DNA of 63,201 nt, counting the filler, from Klebsormidium nitens (lineage: Eukaryota; Plantae; Klebsormidiophyceae): assembly GCA_000708835.1 (NCBI GenBank). It is 9 parts of 9 records of this genome, joined end to end, with 100 filler letters (N's around TTAATTAATTAA, not from the genome) between each part and the next. Parts side by side here need not be neighbours in the genome. Positions count along the whole stretch, not along the records: positions 31,932 to 40,985 come from DF238213.1; positions 41,086 to 48,765 come from DF238305.1; positions 48,866 to 53,426 come from DF238491.1; 6 more parts are not named here. One strand, 5' to 3'. A model generated the notes under the pieces. That model saw only the letters and a list, made by a program, of their open reading frames with translations, did no database searches and was not told the DNA's origin. The position numbers were made by a program, and so were the translations under genes. Shown here piece by piece: positions 40,109 to 49,229 of the stretch; the stretch's first letter is position 1; the number at the start of each line of letters is the position of its first letter.

Positions 40109-40710
40109 CTACCCGATCTTTGCTTCCTTCTTGGAATCAATTGCTTGGCAGGTCAGCTGCGTCCTCCATTGCAGCGCAGCCCTCACTACCTAGCTGACTT
40201 CTGACTCTGCCTCCAAATCCTGTGACTCTAGGTACTCTGTGACACCTAGGTCCTTGCTCAGTGCAAAGCCCAGTGCATTCGGATCCGGGATACCAGTAGC
40301 TGCAGGCGGGCTGCAGCAGGCAGCCACTCACTAGGTAGTGCCAGTTATTACTGTATACTTTAATAGTGGTGCGAAAGGGACAGAGAAGCCGAACTGGTCT
40401 CCAGAAAAAAAATTGCGGACGCAGGTTTTGTCAAAATTCGGACCTGGATTCTGGAACCCCCGACACTGACAGGCAGCCGGGCACTCCATGTGACATTTAC
40501 CTAATAGGGTTATGTTGCAAGCCTGTGACGGTTTGTTAGGGTCGCGCCAAATTAATACCGTACTGTGAATGCACTTACCTAGTCTTATTATTTATACGAT
40601 CAGGGTTAACCCTTTAACAGCGGGGAATTTCCCGTCAAAACCGCCGTACTCGAATTTTATCGATAATCGCAAAAATCGATCGGACCGTACGATCGGCCGG
40701 CGTCGTGCGA

Positions 40711-40985
40711 TCAATCAATCAATCAATTTATTTTATAGTCCCGTAGGAGCCATGGGTGGCTCATGAGACAAGGTCTGAATGTAGTCTCGAGTCCTAAACG
40801 CCTCTCTAACAAAGCTAGCAACCCTCTGTTAGTTCTCCTGACCTATAAAATGACGCAGACTAAATGCGGACTGGCCAACAAACAAATCCATGTACCGCTC
40901 TGTGCGTAGGAACCTATAAGCCGGGCACTCGAAAACGAAATGGTCCTCGTCCTCTATTCTATTCAAATGACACAATGAACATAGT
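40711..40985 (-). mobile_element. 3' end of a non-LTR retrotransposon (C-terminal CCHC finger, (ATTG)n tail)
   Basis: Minus strand LCSLCHLNRIEDEDHFVFECPAYRFLR...VASFVREAFRTR then TATAAAATAAATTGATTGATTGATTGA; clade (RTE-X/L2-like) not resolvable. Confidence 0.85.
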
Positions 40986-41087
40986 NNNNNNNNNNNNNNN
41001 NNNNNNNNNNNNNNNNNNNNNNNNNNNNNTTAATTAATTAANNNNNNNNNNNNNNNNNNNNNNNNNNNNNNNNNNNNNNNNNNNNGA

Positions 41088-41246
41088 GCCGTCAGCAAGC
41101 ACGATCTCCAGGGGACGCTTTTGAAGACGTATGGCACGATGGCAGAGGCGGCCGAGGACAGCAATCTGTCTTACGAGCGGATGAAGTATGCAGTCAGGAC
41201 GGGCAGCACGGCAACCGGTTTCCAGTGGAAGTATGTGAGGCAGTAG
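41088..41246 (+). CDS. C-terminus of a NUMOD1-domain protein (homing-endonuclease-associated HTH), 5' in gap
   Basis: AVSKHDLQGTLLKTYGTMAEAAEDSNLSYERMKYAVRTGSTATGFQWKY fits V.qyDl.G.likty.S..EAA......I......gGf.WkY. Confidence 0.75.
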   Translation, partial: AVSKHDLQGTLLKTYGTMAEAAEDSNLSYERMKYAVRTGSTATGFQWKYVRQ

Positions 41247-41314
41247 ATGTAGGGGTTAGAGGCCGCGTTCCATATAAGCTTTATCTTTTGCCAGCATTGA
41301 AGCAGGACTCCTCT

Positions 41315-42556
41315 ATGGTGAAAATTGTTGAAGCGCCCACCCTGCGCGTGCTAGTCGTCTCAACCCATGTCTCGCAAGTTACAGGATATTCCAAGGTCTC
41401 TTGGAACCTTTTGAAGCAGCTTGGAAAGTTTGACGACCTCGAGGTCATTCACTATGGGTTTCAGCACTTTAACAACGACTCCGACCCTCAGCAGAAGCGG
41501 CTCAAGGCCCTTCCAGAGTCGATCATTGTGCATGACGCCGCAAAAGCCGAAATCCCATTCGAGCAAGGCTTTGGAATCAAGAACTTTCGGGACTTTGTGA
41601 GGCTGAGCCGGCCGGATGTAATTGTGATATTCAACGATGCCTTCATTGTGGCCAAGTTTCTGAATGAACTGGCCATCGAGCCACGCGTGTGCCCGGGGGC
41701 TCGCATCATTGTCTACCTCGATACGGTGTACCCTTTTGTCAACCCCGACCTGCTGACAATCGTCAACCGGGGTGCAGACCACATCATCGCTTTCACAGAG
41801 TACTGGAAGCAGGAGTTGCTGGCGCAGGGTATAACCAAGCCAATGAGCACGCTCATGCATGGCTTTGATCCTGAAGAGATATACCCTACGGAACAGCGTA
41901 CAAAGACAGCCGATGCGCCCATGATCTGCTTGAACCTAAACAGGAATCAGCCCCGCAAACGCTATGACTTGATGGCAATCACCATGGCCCTCGTGTACGC
42001 AAAGAGGCCCGATGCAAACGTGCGCTTCGTGGCCGCGACCGACCTCAAGGGTGGGGCTTGGGACGTCCCCAGGCTGTTTGCAAGGGAGCTCTGCAAGCGG
42101 ATGGAGCCGGAGAAGGCTTACCATTTCCTGGAGTACCTTCTGACCGTCAAGAATCCGAGCGCCATGACCGACGAGGACGTGAACAAGCTCTACAACGAAG
42201 CAGACGTTGGCCTCAACTTTGCACAGGGCGAGGGCGTGGGTTTGACATCGATGGAACACGCAGGACTCGGCAAGCCCCAGATCTGCGGCCGCTTGGGCGG
42301 CTTCCAAGAGTATTTGGACGACAGCTGCGCCACACTGCTCGACGTGAAGGGCCATGAGTACATCGATTCAAGGGATGTGATCGGGGGGGAGGCATCAATC
42401 ATCGACCCTCAAGATGCATGCGATGCCATTCTGAGATACTTGGATGATCCAGAGCTGCGTGCAGCACATGGGAAGGCGGCTCGCGAGAAGGTGCTAGAGT
42501 ACCGATGGGAAGTCATTGGGCAGGCGCTTTATGATGTTATTGTGGAGTCCTCTTAG
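41315..42556 (+). CDS. GT-B fold, GT4-like glycosyltransferase, intronless and intact
   Basis: N-terminal VLVVSTHVSQVTGYSKV; NRNQPRKRYD; EGVGLTSMEHAGLGKPQI (Ex7E acceptor motif); 413 aa from ATG 41315. Confidence 0.85.
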   Translation: MVKIVEAPTLRVLVVSTHVSQVTGYSKVSWNLLKQLGKFDDLEVIHYGFQHFNNDSDPQQKRLKALPESIIVHDAAKAEIPFEQGFGIKNFRDFVRLSRPDVIVIFNDAFIVAKFLNELAIEPRVCPGARIIVYLDTVYPFVNPDLLTIVNRGADHIIAFTEYWKQELLAQGITKPMSTLMHGFDPEEIYPTEQRTKTADAPMICLNLNRNQPRKRYDLMAITMALVYAKRPDANVRFVAATDLKGGAWDVPRLFARELCKRMEPEKAYHFLEYLLTVKNPSAMTDEDVNKLYNEADVGLNFAQGEGVGLTSMEHAGLGKPQICGRLGGFQEYLDDSCATLLDVKGHEYIDSRDVIGGEASIIDPQDACDAILRYLDDPELRAAHGKAAREKVLEYRWEVIGQALYDVIVESS

Positions 42557-43342
42557 AGGTCGTTGACCTTGGGAGCTAACAGGAAGCGAAGCCTACCTAA
42601 GCTAGCAACGCTGAAGATCATGAGCAAGGGGAACGACTGCCGTAAGCAGAGGGTCACCTGCCCACACAGCGACGAGCTCTTGCTAAAGAGGTTCAAGTAA
42701 CGCAGGGCGTATGTATTGTCAATCACCAGGTCCTTATTCTCTCCTTCTACCTCCTCATTGGCCATGTTGAGGGTGGTCTCCTGGGTCGCAAAGTCGCCGG
42801 AGCAGCTGAGCGTGAGGGTGCTGCCGTTGAGCCTGAAGCGGCAGGACGTCCCAATGGCTGACATGTCCCTCATCAGCCTCTAGAAGTCCACGGCGCTCAG
42901 CGAGATCGTGGAGTCCATCTTGAGGCGTGGCACGCTGATGGGGTCTTCATCAATGTCCAGCAGCTTCAAGGAGTACTTGGTGCTGCTCTTCCTTTCGGGG
43001 CTGTCTATCCTGATCCCCAGCTGGTGCTGATCTGCTGCGGTTAGATACATGCACAGGACGTCGTTGCTGGTGACCGACTTTACGAGTTTGAAGAGAGAAG
43101 TCATGTTAACACCCAAGACCAATGGCTTTGTGCAGATAAAGCTCTCAAAGTTTACCGCGTCAAGCTCGCAGTGAATCATCGAGACCTTTGAGCTGTCCGT
43201 TGTGATGAGCTTAATTTCCCACGCCGGGCGTCACGGACAGGTTGACGTCGGCGAGCCACTCTTTGCACAGCTCAATCAGAGACCGGAGGGCTGTGGCTTG
43301 GACGGTCTTGAGCTCAAAGAGGAGGTCTGCTGGTTGTTCCAT
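42553..43342 (-). pseudogene. PCNA: NCLDV-type PCNA pseudogene
   Basis: MEQPADLLFELKTVQATALRSLIELCKEWLADVNL, +1 frameshift near 43218, GVNMTSLFKLVK, LKLLDIDED, DF*RLMRDM (TAG at 42880-42882), YALRYLNLFSKS, SLGRLRFLLAPK. Confidence 0.92.
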
Positions 43343-43391
43343 CTCTACTTACCTTTTGCTAATCTGCAAAGCCCTAATACCGCGCAACGTT

Positions 43392-43784
43392 TCAGGCCCG
43401 TGCGATGGGCCTGGCCACCTCGGCATTGCGTTGAGCCACCAGGGCATCCAGAGATGTGGCCGGTGGAGCATCCACGCCGACGGAAGCGGGGTCCTCATCG
43501 AGAAAGGTATAGTTGATGCCAGCGATAGGTGAGGCCTGGTCACCAAGGGCAAAAGGCTTCACAGACACTTGGCTCTCCCTCTTGAGCCATTGAAAGGCCC
43601 TTTCGCCATACAAAGGGCTTGAGTTGCCAATCACAATCGCAGGCACCATGCGGAGATCGTGGGGTCTGTTTCTCCCAACCTGCACCCTGCGCACCCGCTT
43701 GCTTATCTCGGGGAGGGCATCAAGCAGCTTGAGGAACGTCACAGAGTGAGGGCATGACAGGGAGTAATACAACACTGTATCCAT
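43392..43784 (-). CDS. Small thioredoxin/glutaredoxin-like protein of giant-virus type
   Basis: LYYSLSCPHS, cis-Pro VPAIV, GERAFQWL, C-terminal LDALVAQRNAE; intronless, 50 bp from the PCNA start. Confidence 0.7.
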   Translation of the reverse strand: MDTVLYYSLSCPHSVTFLKLLDALPEISKRVRRVQVGRNRPHDLRMVPAIVIGNSSPLYGERAFQWLKRESQVSVKPFALGDQASPIAGINYTFLDEDPASVGVDAPPATSLDALVAQRNAEVARPIARA

Positions 43785-44134
43785 TTTGCAAGTGGGCAAC
43801 TAATAAACAGTGAAGCTTGAAACGTGGCATGATGTGCGACCCTTTGCAAGCTCATACCGCATCTGTGCAATCAAGGATGTTGCATCGACAGGTGCATCGG
43901 AGAGTTGCACATCCTTTTAAAGCTGCATCTGGCAATTGCATTATCGAGTTGCGTCAGTACATGGCACGCTGCATCGGTGAGTTGCACTAGCATGCTGTAC
44001 CCGTGAGGTGCATCAATGGAGAGCGCATGAAGCAGGTTGCACCTGTCAGCATAATACCTCGTCAAGCACAAGTTGTGTCATTGTGGGATCTTTGCAAGTC
44101 AAAGCAAACATAAATCCTCCTCTCCTTTCGTTCA

Positions 44135-45385
44135 TTATCTGTAAAGCGCATCCTTCCTCAGCATGGCTCTGTGTTTGTGCAAACAGCAGTCTAGGACCAA
44201 AGCAGGTCTGCTAGAGCAACTCCTGTTGGCAGTGGACCTGTGCTCCAAGAAAGTGTCAAAGCCGTAGATAGCCCCTAGCTTTGTGGTCATCAAGACGGAC
44301 CCGCTCGGACAAAACACCTCTGTCGGCCCCCGGTCTGCAGTCACCTCTACCAATGGCAACATGAAGACAAGTAAGACCGGCGGGCTCTCGCAGAGATCGA
44401 CACCCCTGTGGAGCACTTGATCGCCAGACTTTGTGTCATTCGTGATGACCCTTGAGCTGAGCAAGGCGTACTGTTCCCCTAGCGCAGCACTCAGCCTCTT
44501 CCAGACCTGGTCCTTCAAAGCCTTCAATCCCCATGGCGTGTCAAACAGCTTGACAGCTCTTTCCTTCACGTGAGGGCTGTCCTTTTCCAACAGCCGCCTC
44601 AAATCCTTTTCGCTTTCTCTATAGGCGTCTCTGAGCTGAGCACTTTCAACCCAATCGTTCCCGATCCAATAGCCGTTTCGTGTGATGCTCTCTAGGATGC
44701 CGCACGAAGCATTTCGCAGCTGCTGCAGCTCTTCCCTTAGGCAGTCAGTTCCTTGCTTCAGTTCCGAAGCCCTCTCCATCACCTCTAACCGCTCTCGCTC
44801 CCGCTGCTCAGCAAGCGCTGTTGCATTCACCAGTTTCGCCGGTAGGGTTGCAGTCTCCTGCTTAAGGTTTCCAACTTCCCTCTCCAAGATCTTGACCCTC
44901 TCCGTTTCCCTCAACCGCTCTTGCTTCTCTTTGTCAGCACCTTCCTGAGCACCTTGCAGCTCTGCTCTAGCCTGCTCGACCAACCGCTCCCACTTCTTTC
45001 TGGCAACCCCATCCTCCTGTACCTCAGGGAATTCTACATTGGCGACGTTAAGAACTGCTGCAATGTTGCAGGCGGAGACACACGCATTGTCCAGCTTTCT
45101 GGACCTTGAGGTGCAATTCTCCACTCTTCGTTTTGCATCAAGAAGGACGCTGACCATCTCTGTCTGAGTGACGTGAAAACTCGGCTTTCTGGTGTTTCCA
45201 GTCAGAGCACCTTCACCAAACAGTCCGCGTATCTCCTTCACGAAAGACAAGTTGTCACTACAGCGCAGTAACCTCATCCATCTGCCTTCATGGCCGGCTT
45301 CTCCTGCCAAACAATGGGAGCAACGACCACAGTGCGCCATGGTCGCAAATGCACCACTTTTTAACTGCCTTTCCATGCCCACCAT
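44135..45385 (-). CDS. Intronless coiled-coil protein with C-terminal PhyH-like 2OG-Fe(II) dioxygenase domain
   Basis: GDQVLHRGVD...LLVFMLPLVEVTADRGPTEV...AIYGFDTFLEHRSTANRSCSSRPALVL; central E/R/K-rich heptads. Confidence 0.7.
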   Translation of the reverse strand: MVGMERQLKSGAFATMAHCGRCSHCLAGEAGHEGRWMRLLRCSDNLSFVKEIRGLFGEGALTGNTRKPSFHVTQTEMVSVLLDAKRRVENCTSRSRKLDNACVSACNIAAVLNVANVEFPEVQEDGVARKKWERLVEQARAELQGAQEGADKEKQERLRETERVKILEREVGNLKQETATLPAKLVNATALAEQRERERLEVMERASELKQGTDCLREELQQLRNASCGILESITRNGYWIGNDWVESAQLRDAYRESEKDLRRLLEKDSPHVKERAVKLFDTPWGLKALKDQVWKRLSAALGEQYALLSSRVITNDTKSGDQVLHRGVDLCESPPVLLVFMLPLVEVTADRGPTEVFCPSGSVLMTTKLGAIYGFDTFLEHRSTANRSCSSRPALVLDCCLHKHRAMLRKDALYR

Positions 45386-45395
45386 CTCGGAAAAT

Positions 45396-45420
45396 TTACC
45401 CGGCCCGGAGGGCCGGGTAA
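45396..45420. other. Perfect GC-rich hairpin (11-bp stem, GGA loop) 10 bp upstream of the dioxygenase ATG
   Basis: TTACCCGGCCC-GGA-GGGCCGGGTAA. Confidence 0.8.
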
Positions 45421-47151
45421 CGAAATTTTACAAAACGGGGTAAATGGGTAATGTCCACGTCGGAAATTATCCCGATGGTGTGGACAGAGGGTAAAGGGGT
45501 ATAAAGGGTAAAGGGGTATAAGTGGTAAAGAATCTGGCTGGGATTACCCCTGTCCCCAAGCTAGGTGTGGACAGCCCCTGAGCACACTGTTCGAGTTTTC
45601 AGGGAAACGTGGCACCCTCTCCATACCACCGTGGCTGCGTGGAACGCGAATATGGTACGGCTGACTCTTTACCAACATGTGTTTTCCTCCGGGCACAGCT
45701 TGTCCCCAACTTTCCCTTTTCTAGTGCCCGGTACAACCCACTAAGTGCAAATATCCAACCTGTCTGCCACGTGGCTACACATGCAATCACTCCCAAGCAC
45801 CCTTCCAATAACAATAACAATAACAATATTAAACAATAACCCTTCCTCTGAATAGCATCCATGTCATCATGCTACGTAAGCCACATGGATAAGATAGTGG
45901 TTTAGCCTGATCCTGAACAAGGAACCGTCGGATAAAGCAAATCGCATTTTCGACAGTTACCGATTGCGGGTCACATTGTATTTATCTTGACAGAAAGATC
46001 TGGGGGCCCACAACCACCAAACACTGGGACACTCGGAAGTCGAGGACCCAAAAGCGTCGAAAAAGGCCATGGCCCCGGTTTGACCCCACACTCCACGAAG
46101 AAGGGGCGCATTGACTCAGCTTCTATCCTCTACGGTTGTCCACATGGCGCCGCGTTGTGATAGATGTCGACAGATCACGTGATTTCCTCTTCCGGCTCTT
46201 GATCGGAGAGTTGTTCATGTGGACACCGAGCCTNNNNNNNNNNNNNNNNNNNNNNNNNNNNNNNNNNNNNNNNNNNNNNNNNNNNNNNNNNNNNNNNNNN
46301 NNNNNNNNNNNNNNNNNNNNNNNNNNNNNNNNNNNNNNNNNNNNNNNNNNNNNNNNNNNNNNNNNNNNNNNNNNNNNNNNNNNNNNNNNNNNNNNNNNNN
46401 NNNNNNNNNNNNNNNNNNNNNNNNNNNNNNNNNNNNNNNNNNNNNNNNNNNNNNNNNNNNNNNNNNNNNNNNNNNNNNNNNNNNNNNNNNNNNNNNNNNN
46501 NNNNNNNNNNNNNNNNNNNNNNNNNNNNNNNNNNNNNNNNNNNNNNNNNNNNNNNNNNNNNNNNNNNNNNNNNNNNNNNNNNNNNNNNNNNNNNNNNNNN
46601 NNNNNNNNNNNNNNNNNNNNNNNNNNNNNNNNNNNNNNNNNNNNNNNNNNNNNNNNNNNNNNNTGTTCAGCGCCGCTTCATGAAGTCCAGGTTCAGCCAC
46701 GTCTTGAGGTGCAGCCAGGACTACGCCCACAGGATGATTTTGGTGTATATGAGGTGAATTGGTGTATTTGAGGTGAATGGTTGAGGTGAACCAGCTCGTT
46801 GTTCAGGTCTGGATTTAGTATGGTGAGTTGTGGCCGACTCTAGTTTGATTGTTAGAGCGGGTTGCCACCTTTGAAGTTAACGCAAGTCATGGCCGCCCCA
46901 GAAGTTCATTCTCTTGCAAGGCGCGTCCAGCCAGGACCACGTCCAGAGACAACTTCGGTCCAGCCAGGACCACTCCATAGACTACTTTGGTGTATATGAG
47001 GAAGTCTTCAACGCACCCCGTTTGCTTATAAACAGTCATAGTCATACGAGACCTAAACTTAAGGAGTAGCTTTGTTGTTCAGGTCTGACTTTAGTCCAGT
47101 GAGGATCAAGCCCATAGATAATGTCAGTGTATACAAGTGGAGTCGTTCAGA

Positions 47152-48765
47152 ATGTCAAAAACCCCGTTGCCATCTCTACTTGTAGTTCCTGATGAACAGT
47201 TGTATGCAGAGGATGTTGTTAAGCGCCGGAAGCGTGTCAACACAACTGTGCTTCTACAGCCATACATTGACCAGTTTGTCAGATGGATCGGGTCTCAGGG
47301 GTGGTGTCATGTCATCGTTGGCAGTCAGAGCATGCTGCGTGCCATCAAGAATGATTCCCAGGCCTTTGCATCTGAGTTGGAGTACAGTGCCTTTGAGCCT
47401 GCCGATTGGGACATGTGGGTATTGGTGAACAGCGAGCAAGCAGCAATGCATGTGTCCACTCTGCTTTGCAAATACTTTAAAGACGTGCTACTCGACAGTT
47501 TGCGCATGAACAAAGAGATCCGAAGGAAGCGAGTGTACACAGTGGTGAAAGCTAGCGACTGTGCTGTGCCCATGGTCGTAACAGAAACACCGTACCCAGC
47601 ACGCCTGACCGGGATAGCGCTGGGAGAACGGAGTAAGTCATACATTGATGTGCAAATTATGAATCTGGGAGATGCTTTCGTGGCCAGTCGATTCCAAAAC
47701 ACCTACGTTCTGAGGGATGCACCGTATCTCAATCTCGAGGGATGTGTGACGTTCCTTGAACTCATTGAATCGAAGCGAAAAGAGAAAAAGTACAACATTG
47801 ATGAGATACGCAGACGAGTGATTGATGCACATTTGGAGCGACAGCTCGGTGGCAAGAAGGCTGCAACGTGGTATGAGGGCCTCGCAAGATCATTCATCCA
47901 AGTCTTTGACGGTACAGAATTCGCACACAGACACAAGGGTGTTATCGGGCGTTTGCTCCTGCGTGCGCTCAATCACCTCCCAGGCGGTGCAGCAGCGGTA
48001 GAGATGTGTGAGTCACAGCTGATCGAGGCGTTGCGGCCATGTATAAACGCAACGATACAGGCACTTGACGAGCGGCTCAGTCAAGCATCCATGGGGCGCA
48101 TATTCGTGACAGGTGGGGATGCAATGAGGCGCTTCGACAGCGGGATCCGCGTCTCAAAAGACATCGACACAAAGATATATGTGCCTCCAGGGCAGCACTT
48201 GGATGATGTGGTCAGCTTGGCTACCGAACTGGTCGGGAAGGCAGTCACTATCATGGTGAAAGAGCGGGCTCAATTACTGCCACGCAACATCGAAAGGGTC
48301 ATCAATGGCACGCCCGTGGGCTTCATGTACAGGATTCGTGACGATGATAATCTGCAGTTCAGGCTGCGCTACCTGCCTAAGGAGCCTAACGGCCGCCCGC
48401 GGCTAGTAAGCATCAATTACAGGATGAAAGTGAGGGTGGGGAGCCTCGAATTCAACCAAAACATCCCAGTACTGGACGTGGTCGTTCAGAGGGCACCGAA
48501 ATCAACGGATCCGCGCGAGGCCAGCACCAAGCCCCCAATTGCGGGGCTACCATGGCTCGTTGACGACATCAAGCACACATGGCAGTCGAGCTCGAGGGCA
48601 AAGCAGCGCGTGTGGGCAGGCAAGCGAGCTAAGAATCTGGATAGACTTCAGGAGCTACAAAGGAGACTAGACGCTGGCCGTTCAGCAAGAGAGGGCAATC
48701 TCGGACGGGTTAATATGGGGGTCTTGGAGTATCTACGAGACAGTTCCAAAGCGCCTCTGATTCTT
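47152..48765 (+). CDS. Intronless protein with two tandem Pol-beta-superfamily nucleotidyltransferase domains; 3' end in gap
   Basis: Domain 1 VIVGSQSM...ADWDMWV...IDVQI; domain 2 IFVTGGDAM...KDIDTKI...LDVVV; uninterrupted for over 530 codons. Confidence 0.7.
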
Positions 48766-49229
48766 NNNNNNNNNNNNNNNNNNNNNNNNNNNNNNNNNNN
48801 NNNNNNNNNTTAATTAATTAANNNNNNNNNNNNNNNNNNNNNNNNNNNNNNNNNNNNNNNNNNNNATTCTCAACAGATTGTTACGTTCTCGAGTCGGACA
48901 CGTCAGTCAAATCTTGCCCACAGCGGTTCCAATTCTTTTACTGTTCTTGAAGTTTGCTGCTTGCGATTCTCTGATTTCTTGGCAAGATCATCAAGCCGGC
49001 TTCTACCTAAACTTGACCAGTGAAACCAGGTCTTTCTCAATGAAATTCCAAGCTCGTAAGATCAAGGATAGAATTGACTGCTCGAATCCAGATCCCTGTG
49101 CGCGTTGAAGAATATTAGACGGACAATCAGTCATGCATGAGTAAGAAAAGCTTGGACAATTGACAATGGTTTTGGTTTTACGAGCTGATCACTGATCACA
49201 AGGTAAGAAAAACGATCTGCAATTCTGCG

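Larger units (their letters stand above)
41086..48765. mobile_element. Giant-virus (NCLDV)-like endogenous gene block
   Basis: Intronless, tightly packed genes with viral-type PCNA, thioredoxin-like protein, GT4, NUMOD1 and NTase; overlapping stops at 42553-42556; no capsid or polymerase gene in the window. Confidence 0.72.

Noticed and set aside
41086-43800. Mimivirus early promoter AAAATTGA upstream of viral-like genes
   Set aside because: Motif not present upstream of the GT4, PCNA or thioredoxin-like starts
45430-45540. GGGTAAA units as telomeric repeats
   Set aside because: The complement is TTTACCC, not TTTAGGG/TTTTAGGG, and spacing is irregular
46136-46771. ORFs spanning the large N gap
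   Set aside because: Artefacts of translating Ns
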